From Oligoflexia bacterium (GTDB lineage Bacteria > Bdellovibrionota > UBA1018), in assembly GCA_014378465.1 (NCBI GenBank), contig JACMNQ010000075.1:64352-128351 (forward strand): a DNA stretch of 64,000 nt. Reading direction: 5' to 3'. The position numbers and the translations under genes are program-made. Below the pieces are notes generated by a model that saw nothing but the letters and a program-made list of their open reading frames with translations, was not told where the DNA came from and ran no database searches. Shown here one piece after another: positions 50,396 through 60,176 of the stretch; within the stretch, counting starts at the first letter, position 1; every line of letters starts with the position of its first letter.

Positions 50396-51778
50396 ATGAG
50401 CAAGTACAAAGGTAAGAAAGTTCTCATCGTCGGCTTCGGACTCTCAGGAGTTGCAGTCGCCCGTTACATGGCCAAGCAGGGAGCCAAAGTCACGGTCACT
50501 GACATGAAGCAGAAAAGTGAACTCGCTGACTCCGTGAACGCCTGTGCAGAACTCAAGATCGAATACGAACTGGGCAAGTTCAATCCACTCACTTTCCGCG
50601 CAGCTGAACTCATCGTGGTCAGCCCAGGCGTCCCGCTCAGCACCAAGCCCCTCGACGAAGCCCGCGAAGCCAACATCCCGATCACCAGCGAAGTCGAACT
50701 CGCTGCCAGCGCTCTCAAGGAGCCTTTGATCGCGATCACCGGCACCAATGGCAAGACCACCACGACCACTCTCATCGGTGAAATGTTCAAAGCCGATGAC
50801 AAGCCGGTTTATGTGGGCGGTAACATCGGCAAGCCCCTCATCGATCACATCAGTGATGGCAGCCGCGTCGACGCAGTCGTCGCCGAGCTTTCCAGTTTTC
50901 AGCTCGAACTGACTGAGAAGCTCGTTCCCGCAGTCGCAGTGTTCACCAACATCGAAGAAGATCATCTGGACCGTTACCCGGACATGAACGGGTACATCGA
51001 AGCCAAAAAGAAGCTCCTCAAGGCCTGCGACAAGAACAGCTATGTCGTTCTCAATTACGACAACGCCAACGTCGCCAAATTCGCTCAGGAAACCTCCGGC
51101 AAGGTCATGTGGTTCACCAAGCAGGACCCGCTCAAGATCGGTGGAGAGTTCGCTGAAAATTTCTACGGCTGTTATTTCAGAGCGGCCGACAAGCAGGTCA
51201 TTGCCAAAGTCACCGGCAAAGAAGAAATCTACGACGTTTCCCAGCTCCGCATCTTCGGCGATCACAACAAGGAAAATCTGATGGCCGCGATCTGCACCGC
51301 ACGCGCCATGGGTGTTTCGCCGAAAGCGATCCAGCACGTCATCAACAATTTCAAGGGTGTCGCCCACCGCCTTGAGTTCGTTCGCCGCAAGGACGGAGTC
51401 TACTTCTTCAATGACTCCAAGGGCACGAATGTCATGAGCGTTCAGAGGAGTCTCGGCGCGTTCACTTCCAACCCGATCATCCTGATCGCCGGTGGAAAAG
51501 ACAAGAACATGGACTTTGCTCCACTCGTTCCTTACGTGCAGCAGCGCTGCAAGGTTCTGATTCTGCTGGGCGAAGCCAAAGAGAAAATCAACCGCGCAAT
51601 CGGTGATTTTTCGGAAACCTACCTGGTAGGCACTTTCGAAGAAGCGGTTCTGCTCGCTTATCAGAAGTCCCGGAGCGGAGACATCATCCTGCTGTCTCCA
51701 GGCTGCTCAAGCTTCGACATGTTCCGTAACTACGAGGAGCGGGGCGATTACTTCAAAAAGCTCGTCACCCAACTCTAA
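50396..51778 (+). CDS. murD: UDP-MurNAc-L-Ala--D-Glu ligase
   Basis: 'ITGTNGKTTTT' P-loop, 'FGDHNKENLMAA', 'LIAGGKDK'. Confidence 0.9.
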   Translation: MSKYKGKKVLIVGFGLSGVAVARYMAKQGAKVTVTDMKQKSELADSVNACAELKIEYELGKFNPLTFRAAELIVVSPGVPLSTKPLDEAREANIPITSEVELAASALKEPLIAITGTNGKTTTTTLIGEMFKADDKPVYVGGNIGKPLIDHISDGSRVDAVVAELSSFQLELTEKLVPAVAVFTNIEEDHLDRYPDMNGYIEAKKKLLKACDKNSYVVLNYDNANVAKFAQETSGKVMWFTKQDPLKIGGEFAENFYGCYFRAADKQVIAKVTGKEEIYDVSQLRIFGDHNKENLMAAICTARAMGVSPKAIQHVINNFKGVAHRLEFVRRKDGVYFFNDSKGTNVMSVQRSLGAFTSNPIILIAGGKDKNMDFAPLVPYVQQRCKVLILLGEAKEKINRAIGDFSETYLVGTFEEAVLLAYQKSRSGDIILLSPGCSSFDMFRNYEERGDYFKKLVTQL

Positions 51779-51923
51779 GTCCACGACCTCTTCCACCGCT
51801 TCGGGTGCGAAGCCCGGCTCGAAGCCGGGTTCCAAACCTCCAAGTCGGCTGACCTCAGGTGAAGAGCTGGGCTCGAGTTGTCCGTGGCCACTTCCTGCCG
51901 AAGGCATCGATGTCATCCTGCTG

Positions 51924-53027
51924 GTGACCGTCGCGGCGATGGTCATTTTTGGACTCCTCATGGTTTACAGCGCGTCCTTCATCTACGCACAGGAGCGGAC
52001 TGGAGATGGTTTCGCTTTCATCAAGAAACAGATCATCTTCGCGATCCTGGGTTTTGGCGCTCTTCTCATTTCCTGTCGCATCAACTACCGCAAGTGGGAG
52101 CATTGGGCGTACAAGTTCGCTCTCATCGCTACAGGACTCCTCGCACTCGTTTTGATTCCCGGAGTCGGCACGCGAACCCTTGGAGCCCAGCGCTGGCTTC
52201 GTCTGGGCTTTCTCACTTTCCAGCCGGGGGAACTCGCGAAGTTCGCGCTCATCTTTTTCGTTTCAAGGCAGCTTGATCGCAAGCAGGAATTGCTCCAGAA
52301 GTTCGTTCCAGGAGTGCTTGCCACTTTCCTGGTGCCTTTTCCAGCGCTTCTTCTGCTTCTCCTTCAGCCCGACTTTGGAACCACCGTGATGATCACGGTC
52401 GTGATATTTTCCCTGATGTTTCTCGCGGGCATGCCCAAGCGCTTTCTCGCATTGATTTTTGGAGTGGGCGGGGGAGCAGCCGCACTGCTGGTTTTGGGCA
52501 GCGCCTACCGTCGCGCACGCCTCATGACCTTCTTTGATCCCTGGCGCGATCCGACCGGAAAAGGGTTTCAGATCATTCAATCGCTTCTGGGACTCCATCA
52601 CGGAAGTTTCTGGGGTGTGGGGCTTGGAAATGGCAAAGAGAAACTCTTTTACCTTCCTGAAGCACACAACGATTTCATTTTCGCGGTCATTGGTGAGGAG
52701 CTGGGTTTCATTGGACTCTCCGCCGTCGCGCTCGCCTTCTGTTACTTCATCTACCGTGGGCTCAAGATCGCCTACCAGAGCTACGAAAAGTACAACGACA
52801 AGTTTGGAATGTTCCTTGCGACTGGCATCACTCTCGCACTGGGACTTCAGGGATTCGTCAATATGGCAGTCGTGCTCGGACTGGTTCCCACGAAGGGACT
52901 GACTCTGCCTTTCATCAGCTATGGAGGGTCGGCCCTGCTGGTGGATCTCTTCGCAGTCGGTGTCCTGCTGAGCGTGGCACGGGGACCTCAGGCCAAAGGC
53001 CTCTTCAGTGGGGTGAAAAGTAAATGA
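51924..53027 (+). CDS. ftsW: Lipid II flippase / SEDS glycosyltransferase FtsW. The true start lies upstream of the first canonical start codon.
   Basis: SEDS motifs throughout. The frame is open from 51630. Conserved TM1 'IDVILLVTVAAMVIFGLLMVYSAS' begins at 51906, yet the first in-frame ATG/GTG/TTG is the GTG at 51924, inside TM1. See findings. Confidence 0.75.
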   Translation: MTVAAMVIFGLLMVYSASFIYAQERTGDGFAFIKKQIIFAILGFGALLISCRINYRKWEHWAYKFALIATGLLALVLIPGVGTRTLGAQRWLRLGFLTFQPGELAKFALIFFVSRQLDRKQELLQKFVPGVLATFLVPFPALLLLLLQPDFGTTVMITVVIFSLMFLAGMPKRFLALIFGVGGGAAALLVLGSAYRRARLMTFFDPWRDPTGKGFQIIQSLLGLHHGSFWGVGLGNGKEKLFYLPEAHNDFIFAVIGEELGFIGLSAVALAFCYFIYRGLKIAYQSYEKYNDKFGMFLATGITLALGLQGFVNMAVVLGLVPTKGLTLPFISYGGSALLVDLFAVGVLLSVARGPQAKGLFSGVKSK

Positions 53028-54112
53028 GTGAAAAGAATCCGACTCTGATCGTCGCTGGTGGCGGCACGGGTGGCCACGTCCTGGCCGGTATCGCGATTGC
53101 GGACGCCTGGAAAATCACTTATCCCCAGTCGAAAATCATTTTTGTGGGAGCCCATGGCGGCATCGAAGAGAAGCTCGTGCCTCGCGCAGGTTATCCGCTC
53201 GAACTTCTCAGTCTCGGTTCCCTCAAGCGCGTGAGCCTGGCGCGCAAGCTCAGGACCGCCGTGCAATTGCCTCTTTCTCTGCTCAAGTCCGCAGTCATCC
53301 TGCTGCGCGATCGTCCTGCCGGAGTGATCGGTGTCGGCGGATATGCTTCCGGTCCACTGGTCCTCATGGGAAGACTGATGGGTTGGATGTGGGGAGTGCG
53401 AGTCGCGATCCTGGAACAGAACGCGGTGCCCGGCATGACCAATCGAATTCTGAGTCGAATCGCTCATCAGGTGTTGATCGCTTTTCCGGGAATCGAAAGC
53501 CAATTCAAAGGACGTAAAGTCAACGTTACCGGAAATCCCGTTCGCAATGTGATGAAGCCGATGCCTCCCGCTTCACGCGATCCCTTCACGATCTTCATTT
53601 TCGGCGGCAGCCAGGGAGCCATGGGAATCAACACTCTGATTCTTGATGCGCTTCCTTTTCTGGAAGATCTGAAGCCGCGTCTTCGTTTCATTCATCAGAC
53701 GGGTGAGAGTGACCACGCCCGCACCCTCGAAGGTCATCGACTCGCGGGAACTCAGGCACGGGTCGAAAAATTCATTTACGAGATGCCTGAAGCCTATCAG
53801 GCCGCATCGCTGCTCGTTTGTCGTGCAGGGTCATCCACTCTGGCCGAAATCGCGGCGGTTCACCGCGCATCCGTGCTCATTCCATTTCCTTATGCGTCAG
53901 ACAATCATCAGGAGAAGAATGCACAGCTTTTCGTGGATTCAGGTGCGGCGAAGCTGCTGGTCCAGTTCAAATCCAAAGGCGAAGACCTGGCGAAAATCAT
54001 CCGTGACTGTGTAGAAAATCCAGGCACGCTCGATACGATGGAAGAAGCCGTCTCCAAATTTTATCGCCCAAAGTCCGCCTTCGACGTCGTTCAGATTCTT
54101 TCTGGCCCTTAA
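53024..54112 (+). CDS. murG: UDP-GlcNAc:lipid I GlcNAc transferase
   Basis: 'LIVAGGGTGGHV' G-loop, 'FGGSQGA', 'LLVCRAGSSTLAEI'. ATGA overlap with ftsW. Confidence 0.9.
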   Translation: MSEKNPTLIVAGGGTGGHVLAGIAIADAWKITYPQSKIIFVGAHGGIEEKLVPRAGYPLELLSLGSLKRVSLARKLRTAVQLPLSLLKSAVILLRDRPAGVIGVGGYASGPLVLMGRLMGWMWGVRVAILEQNAVPGMTNRILSRIAHQVLIAFPGIESQFKGRKVNVTGNPVRNVMKPMPPASRDPFTIFIFGGSQGAMGINTLILDALPFLEDLKPRLRFIHQTGESDHARTLEGHRLAGTQARVEKFIYEMPEAYQAASLLVCRAGSSTLAEIAAVHRASVLIPFPYASDNHQEKNAQLFVDSGAAKLLVQFKSKGEDLAKIIRDCVENPGTLDTMEEAVSKFYRPKSAFDVVQILSGP

Positions 54113-54121
54113 TTTGCTCCT

Positions 54122-54667
54122 TTGGAACACATGAGTCCAGCAAACAGAACGAAATCCGAACCCAATTCAAAAACCCTGTGGATCGCCATGTGCCTGGCGA
54201 CCAGCTTTGTGGCGATTGACTCGAGTCATCGTGCAGGGGCGGAGTCTGGGCGGGCCGTCACCGCTGACTCTCCCAAAAAGGTTTGCAATGCCATGATCGA
54301 AGCGGCAAAAAAAGAGGACTTCAAGTCCATCCAGCTCTGGACTCTGCGTCCCAACCTGCTGAGTTCGCACCTTCATCAGATGGCAGGCACTGCGGCCCAA
54401 GGGCCTGCTTCAGCAGCCAAGCCCAGTGGCAGCCCTCAGGCCGCCGACCGTGGTCATGTCCTGTCAAAAGCGGCTTACGACCTGATCAAGGAATTGTCCT
54501 GCGGTTCGGAGCACATCGCGGGCAACCGTGCGGTGGTCGAAGCCGAAGCCAAAGGTCAGAAGCGATTGATTCCTTTCGCTCAAAAGGACGGAAAATGGCT
54601 CTTTGATGTGCGCACGTACCAGAGCTTCTACCGAGACGAAATGAGGCAGTTGAAATCCAGCGGCTGA
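54122..54667 (+). CDS. Hypothetical secreted protein inserted between murG and murC
   Basis: Signal peptide 'KTLWIAMCLATSFVAIDSSHRAGA'. No recognisable domain. Start may be the Met at 54131. Confidence 0.45.
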   Translation: MEHMSPANRTKSEPNSKTLWIAMCLATSFVAIDSSHRAGAESGRAVTADSPKKVCNAMIEAAKKEDFKSIQLWTLRPNLLSSHLHQMAGTAAQGPASAAKPSGSPQAADRGHVLSKAAYDLIKELSCGSEHIAGNRAVVEAEAKGQKRLIPFAQKDGKWLFDVRTYQSFYRDEMRQLKSSG

Positions 54668-54687
54668 GAAGCTAGAATTCGGGTCTC

Positions 54688-56109
54688 ATGCATAACAAAC
54701 AGCAGACTCAGCTTCACTTCGTGGGAATTGGTGGCATCGGGATGAGCGGGATCGCTGAAGTGCTCCTGAACCAGGGGTACCAGATCAGTGGGTCTGACCT
54801 TGCCGAATCTGAAGCCACCCGTCGCCTGAAATCCCTGGGAGCGCGCATTCACCTCGGGCACACGGCCGAAAATATCATGGGTGCCCACGTTGTCGTGATT
54901 TCTTCCGCTGTCAAGGCGACGAATCCCGAAGTGATGAAAGCTCGTGAAAGCCGAATCCCAGTCATTCCTCGTGCCGAAATGCTGGGCGAGCTCATGCGTG
55001 GAAAAGTCGGCATCGCTGTTGCCGGAACTCACGGAAAGACCACGACCACCTCCCTGCTGGCCTCCGTATTGATGGCAGCGGGCCTTGACCCCACGATCGT
55101 CATCGGAGGCAAAGTCGGAGCCTTGGGCAGCAACGCCAAATTGGGGCAGGGACAACTTGTTGTGGCTGAAGCAGATGAAAGTGATGGCTCCTTTCTGCAT
55201 TTGCCAGCCACTTTTGGTATCGTGACCAATATTGACAGTGATCACCTGGATCATTTTGGAACGCTGGAAGCGATCGAAGAGACCTTTTCCGAATTCATCG
55301 GTCAGCTTCCGTTCTATGGTCTGGCTGCAGTCTGCGGGGACGACGAAGGAGTCAGGCGTTGTCTTTCGCGCTTCCACAAACCCTTTCTGACTTATGGTTT
55401 TTCCGATTATAACGACTACTTCGCAAAAGCGGTCACTTCAGTCCCCGGAAACGAGATGCATTCACGCTTTGAAGTGCATTCGCGCAACGAAGGGCTACTG
55501 GGCTCAATTGAAATTCAGGTCCCGGGACGGCACAATATTCTCAACGCGCTGGCGGCCATCGTGATCGCCCGTCGTCTGGAAATTCCATTTTCAAAAATTG
55601 CGCAGGGTCTGCGGGATTTTTCGGGCGTGAAGCGTCGCTTTGACATTCGCTGGAAAAATGAATCTCTCCAACAGATCATCGTCGATGATTATGGTCATCA
55701 CCCGACTGAAGTCCTGGCAACGTTGGCCGCCGCACGTTCCTTCTGGAAGGGGAGAATCATCACGATTTTTCAGCCGCATCGCTATTCCAGAACTCAAAAT
55801 TCGTACGCCGAATTTTTGAAATGCTTCAAGGACACTGATCTGCTTTATCTCGCGGACATCTATGCCGCGGGAGAAGAACCCATTGCAGGAGTATCCTCCG
55901 AAATTCTGGCTCGTGACATCATGATATCCGCCGGAAAATCCGTTCTCTATGTCGGGCCTCTGCAGGGTGCCCGAGATGCCGTGGTGAAGGACTTCAGAAA
56001 AGGCGACCTTGTGCTCTGTCTGGGCGCAGGGACCATCACCAAGCTTCCGGATCTGCTGGTCGAAGCGATCGAAGTCGCAGCAGCTGTCGCTGCTTCCCAT
56101 GTCAGTTGA
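54688..56109 (+). CDS. murC: UDP-MurNAc--L-alanine ligase
   Basis: 'HFVGIGGIGMSGIA', 'VAGTHGKTTTTSL' P-loop, 'DDYGHHPTE'. Confidence 0.9.
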   Translation: MHNKQQTQLHFVGIGGIGMSGIAEVLLNQGYQISGSDLAESEATRRLKSLGARIHLGHTAENIMGAHVVVISSAVKATNPEVMKARESRIPVIPRAEMLGELMRGKVGIAVAGTHGKTTTTSLLASVLMAAGLDPTIVIGGKVGALGSNAKLGQGQLVVAEADESDGSFLHLPATFGIVTNIDSDHLDHFGTLEAIEETFSEFIGQLPFYGLAAVCGDDEGVRRCLSRFHKPFLTYGFSDYNDYFAKAVTSVPGNEMHSRFEVHSRNEGLLGSIEIQVPGRHNILNALAAIVIARRLEIPFSKIAQGLRDFSGVKRRFDIRWKNESLQQIIVDDYGHHPTEVLATLAAARSFWKGRIITIFQPHRYSRTQNSYAEFLKCFKDTDLLYLADIYAAGEEPIAGVSSEILARDIMISAGKSVLYVGPLQGARDAVVKDFRKGDLVLCLGAGTITKLPDLLVEAIEVAAAVAASHVS

Positions 56110-57061
56110 AATGACGAATCCTCAGAATCCCCCCAGCCCTGAAACTGTAGCCGCACGGAAGTGGTGCGAAGAAAATGGCTCGCGCTTCGAAGGACAGCTC
56201 ACCTTCGGTGAAAACCTGGCCAAGCACACGTATTACCGCATTGGCGGACCTGCTCGCATCTTTTGCATTCCAAAGAGCGTCGCAGACCTGGATTGGATCA
56301 GGGAGTGCGTCTCTCACTCGAAGGTTGATGCTTTCATCCTGGGTCTGGGTTCAAATATTCTGGTCGCTGATGGCGGTTATGATGGCCTTGTGATCAAGAC
56401 GAGTCGAATCGACATCAGTATCACGCTCCAGGGCGATCGTTTGAGAGTCGGTTCAGGTGTTGCGGTCTCGTCATTGCTTCGAAGGGCCGCGCAAGAAGGG
56501 TGGTCAGGTTTTGAAATGCTGACGGGAGTGCCGGGCTCCATCGGAGGCGTCATCACGATGAATGCAGGCACGCATCTCGGTGAAGCCAGGGACCGGATCC
56601 GCAAAGTCGAAACTTTCAATCTTTCAACGGGAGTCCTGAGAGTGATCGAGGGCGCCGACCTCCAATTCGAGTATCGCAAGAATCACTTTCTCACTCGTGA
56701 TGAAGTCATCACCCATACGGAATGGGAAGTCACTCTTTCAGAACCCGCCCAGGTCAAAGCTGTCATCGATGAGACCCTTGCACGCCGCAAGGCCAGTCAA
56801 CCGACTGAATATCCATCGTGTGGGAGCGTCTTCAAGAATCCTCGCGATCACGGCATCCATGCCTGGCAAGTGATCGAGAAATTGCAGCTTCGCGGCCACA
56901 GGATCGGGAATGCCCAGATTTCCGAGAAACACCCGAACTTCATCGTGAATCTCGGCGGCGCGCTTGCGAGCGATGTCAGAGCTCTGATTGACCTCGTCAA
57001 GTCGCGTGCGAAAGCGGAGCTTGGGATTGAGATGCACGAAGAAGTGAAGTTTCTGGGCTGA
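56099..57061 (+). CDS. murB: UDP-N-acetylenolpyruvoylglucosamine reductase
   Basis: FAD-binding 'GLGSNILV', 'RIGGPA', and C-terminal 'GSVFKNP' motif. ATG at 56099 (11-nt overlap with murC) or at 56111. Confidence 0.85.
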   Translation: MSVEMTNPQNPPSPETVAARKWCEENGSRFEGQLTFGENLAKHTYYRIGGPARIFCIPKSVADLDWIRECVSHSKVDAFILGLGSNILVADGGYDGLVIKTSRIDISITLQGDRLRVGSGVAVSSLLRRAAQEGWSGFEMLTGVPGSIGGVITMNAGTHLGEARDRIRKVETFNLSTGVLRVIEGADLQFEYRKNHFLTRDEVITHTEWEVTLSEPAQVKAVIDETLARRKASQPTEYPSCGSVFKNPRDHGIHAWQVIEKLQLRGHRIGNAQISEKHPNFIVNLGGALASDVRALIDLVKSRAKAELGIEMHEEVKFLG

Positions 57062-57249
57062 TTATACCGTGCCATTTTACGTCATCCATTGTCGATAATG
57101 GATAGGTTATAATTTGGCATGACTCATGAACCAAAGCGACAGATACTGCCGTTGCTCCTTGAGAACTGACTTTCGATTCAGTGCTCACGATACAGGGCGC
57201 CTCAAGGAGCCCGCTTCATGACTTGAGCGAAAGTGCGTGTGATTCTCAA

Positions 57250-57289
57250 TCCAAACGAAAATGCCCCCGAGCAGTTTCTGCTCGAGGGC
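57250..57289 (-). terminator. Rho-independent terminator for the minus-strand M16 peptidase operon
   Basis: Stem GCCCCCGAGCAG / CTGCTCGAGGGC (7 bp perfect plus 4 bp beyond one mismatch), loop TTT. On the minus strand it is followed by AUUUUCGUUUGG. Confidence 0.5.
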
Positions 57290-57315
57290 TCCACAGGATC
57301 AATTGATTTGAGAGA

Positions 57316-58704
57316 TCAAAACTTCTCTTCGGTATAGGGCTGGACGACAACCTGATCGAGCGGAACTCCCGCCGCTTTTGCCAGAGGCTCTTTCATGTCC
57401 GCTGCCGTCGCAAGAACGGCAATCGAAAGCTTCTCAGGCTTCAGGTAAGTCGAGAGCGCTTGATTGACCTGAGGGAGAGTGACTTTCGCCAGCTCAGGAC
57501 CATAAGTCTTCATGAAGCCATCGGGCAGATTCAGGGTGCGCTCGAGCAATTTGTTCTCCACGCGCTTCTTGGGCGTGTTGTACATGAAGCCCGCGCTGTT
57601 CACGAGGGAACGCTTGGAAAACTCAAACTCTTCCTTCGTGATGCCGTTCTTCTGGAGATCCTCGATCATCTTCAGGGACAAGGCCAGTGCCTGCGCGGTG
57701 TCTTTGGACGCCGGAAACAGGTGAACCTGCCAGGAGCGTGGCTTCAAGCCGTGTTTGAAGTAGCTGTTGGCTCCGTAGCTCCAGCCGCGCTTCACGCGAA
57801 TTTCGACCATCAGTCGAGCCGAGAAGGAGCCGCCGCCGAAAGCGTGATTTCCGAGGAAAACGGGAAAGAAATCCGCATCCGTCATGCGCATGCCAATCTG
57901 GCCCGCTGAGATCTGGGTCTGGGTGCGGTCAGCCTTGTCGACGATGAGAAGGCGACGATGTTCCGGGTTTTGTGGCTGCGGGACTTCGACGAAGTCCCTG
58001 TCTCCTGGTGCCGAAGGACGAACGTTCGCCAACTGATCAGCCCAACTCCTGATCTGCCCTTCATTCGCGTCACCATTGCCGACAACCAGCAGGAGCTTGT
58101 CCTTGATCAGGGCATCATAGTGTTTGCGAATCTGATCTCCCGTGAGCTTCTCCACATCCCTGATGTTGCCCATGACAGGCTTGCCATAAGGGTGACCATT
58201 GAAGAGAAATTGCGTGAAGCGCTTGCCACCCAAAGCCTGGTCACTGCCGAGTTCTTCGAGCAGGTTGGAGACGATCTGGGATTTCAGCTTCTTGACTTCG
58301 GATTCAGGAAACCTGGGTTGAGTGATGATCTCATTGACGATGTCGAGAAATGGTCCGACCTGGGATGCCAGCACGGCACCGCGAAGAATCAGAGCTTCAG
58401 CGCGAGTTTCAACTTCGAGAGTCGCGCCCATCTGGTCCAGCGCGAGGTCAAGCTGTTCCTTGGTGTGTTTTTTTGTTCCACGGAGGAGCATCTCGCCCAT
58501 GAAATTCGTGATCCCGGATTGCCCCTGAGGATCAGTCACCGCGCCGGCCTTGACTGCGATGTTCAGATTGACCACCGGGAGGTTCGTGTCTCTTTCAAAG
58601 GCAACTTCAACGGCTTGGGCTGAATTGGCTGAAGCGACGATGGCGAGCGTGGCCAAAGTCGAGAGAAGTCCTGCGAACACTGGTTTCAGATTTTGAGTTC
58701 TCAT
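57316..58704 (-). CDS. M16-family peptidase homolog lacking the HxxEH zinc site (non-catalytic partner subunit)
   Basis: Signal peptide. M16 fold-like 'ITNFMGEMLLRGT' where the partner has 'HLFEHMMFKGT'. ATGA-type overlap with the upstream M16 gene. Confidence 0.7.
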   Translation of the reverse strand: MRTQNLKPVFAGLLSTLATLAIVASANSAQAVEVAFERDTNLPVVNLNIAVKAGAVTDPQGQSGITNFMGEMLLRGTKKHTKEQLDLALDQMGATLEVETRAEALILRGAVLASQVGPFLDIVNEIITQPRFPESEVKKLKSQIVSNLLEELGSDQALGGKRFTQFLFNGHPYGKPVMGNIRDVEKLTGDQIRKHYDALIKDKLLLVVGNGDANEGQIRSWADQLANVRPSAPGDRDFVEVPQPQNPEHRRLLIVDKADRTQTQISAGQIGMRMTDADFFPVFLGNHAFGGGSFSARLMVEIRVKRGWSYGANSYFKHGLKPRSWQVHLFPASKDTAQALALSLKMIEDLQKNGITKEEFEFSKRSLVNSAGFMYNTPKKRVENKLLERTLNLPDGFMKTYGPELAKVTLPQVNQALSTYLKPEKLSIAVLATAADMKEPLAKAAGVPLDQVVVQPYTEEKF

Positions 58705-60095
58705 TTTTTCACCCCTACGATGACGGAACGATTTCTGGGTTCAAAGTACTTGCGAGTGACGCGCTGGATTTCTTCAGGGGTCACGATCTGCACGGACTTC
58801 ATTTTCTGCACGCCATCTTCGAAGCTGTTGGCGATCGTTTCAAAACGGCCGAGGAAGCCGGCCTTTTCATGATTGTTGTCGAGTCCCTGGTAGAACTGAA
58901 AGGACAGACCATTCTTGGCGCGGTCGAGTTCACCCTTGGAGACGAGCTCCTTGCTCAGGCGGGCGATTTCGCGAAGGATGATCGTTTCAGCCTGAGTGGC
59001 GGTCTTGCCCTTCTGAAGATTGGCGCCGATGAGCATCAGGGAAGGATCCTTGTCATCAATGTCGTAGGCGTCGACTGAGCTGACGATGCCGGTTTCGACG
59101 AGGGCTCTCTGAAGGCGACTGCTCTTGCCGGTGGCGAGAACTCCGCGCAAGGCCATGATCGCCGGGATGTCGGCGTTCGTGATGGCGGGGGTGTGGTAGC
59201 CCACCATGAGTTTCTCGACCTGGATATTGAGCTTGAGCACTTTGCGGCGAGCGGACTTCTGTTCAGGTTCGTCCGCAATGGAGGGAGCCGGTGGTTGCTG
59301 GGGGCTGAAAGCACCATAATACTTCTTCACCATTTCATGAACGGCATCGGCCTTGACGTCCCCGACGACGATGATCGTTGCATGGTTCGGGCTATAGTAG
59401 CCTTTGTAGAAGTCGACTGCGTTCGCTGCCGACATGCGATTGAGATCTTCCTGATACCCGATGACGGGCCAGTGGTAGGAATGCTTGGTGAACGCAAGCC
59501 CGAAGATTTCCTGGTACATCAGGCCGTCCGGGCTGTTTTCAGTTCTGAAACGTCTTTCGTTCTGAACCACTTCACGCTCGGTTTTGAAAGAGTCATCATT
59601 GACGACGAGGTTGAGCATGCGGTCGGATTCAAGCTTTGCGATCATGTCGAGCTTGTCAGCCGGCATTTCCTGCACGTAAGCGGTGTAGTCACGCGAAGTG
59701 AAAGCGTTCTCGCCTTCGGCGCCGGCGCCTTCAAGGATTCGGTCAAATTCGCCTTCTTTCAGGGACTTCGTACCTTTGAACATCATATGTTCAAAGAGAT
59801 GCGCGAGGCCGGTGTAACCCACGTTCTCATCGCGGGAACCGACACGAAACCAGGTCTGGTAGGCAAAAGTCGGGGACGAATGATCTTCGACCACCAGAAC
59901 TTTCAGTCCGTTGTCCAGCTTGTAGCGGTGGACTTGAATGGTGCCGACGAGGGGAAGCACTTCAGCTTTTGAAGCGTCGTGACCGGTTTTCAGATTTTTG
60001 GTGGCACACCCGGATCCAGCCATTGCAGTGATGACTGCAAGCAGGGGCACGAGTACGCAAACTTTGGAAATTTGAGAAATGGGTGATGGTTTCAT
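58701..60095 (-). CDS. M16-family (pitrilysin-like) zinc peptidase, catalytic subunit, lipoprotein-type signal
   Basis: 'HLFEHMMFKGT' inverted zinc motif HxxEH, downstream 'E' region, and N-terminal 'MAGSGCATK' lipobox. Confidence 0.8.
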   Translation of the reverse strand: MKPSPISQISKVCVLVPLLAVITAMAGSGCATKNLKTGHDASKAEVLPLVGTIQVHRYKLDNGLKVLVVEDHSSPTFAYQTWFRVGSRDENVGYTGLAHLFEHMMFKGTKSLKEGEFDRILEGAGAEGENAFTSRDYTAYVQEMPADKLDMIAKLESDRMLNLVVNDDSFKTEREVVQNERRFRTENSPDGLMYQEIFGLAFTKHSYHWPVIGYQEDLNRMSAANAVDFYKGYYSPNHATIIVVGDVKADAVHEMVKKYYGAFSPQQPPAPSIADEPEQKSARRKVLKLNIQVEKLMVGYHTPAITNADIPAIMALRGVLATGKSSRLQRALVETGIVSSVDAYDIDDKDPSLMLIGANLQKGKTATQAETIILREIARLSKELVSKGELDRAKNGLSFQFYQGLDNNHEKAGFLGRFETIANSFEDGVQKMKSVQIVTPEEIQRVTRKYFEPRNRSVIVGVKK

Positions 60096-60176
60096 AAGAT
60101 GAAAAAATTATCACGCGCCACCAAAATTTGGCAGCTTCAAATTGGAATAATGTTACGCTTGCATTGAGGCATCAAG

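Noticed and set aside
50444-51367. 307-aa minus-strand ORF inside murD
   Set aside because: Antisense shadow. Asp/Glu/Val-rich pattern mirrors murD codons.
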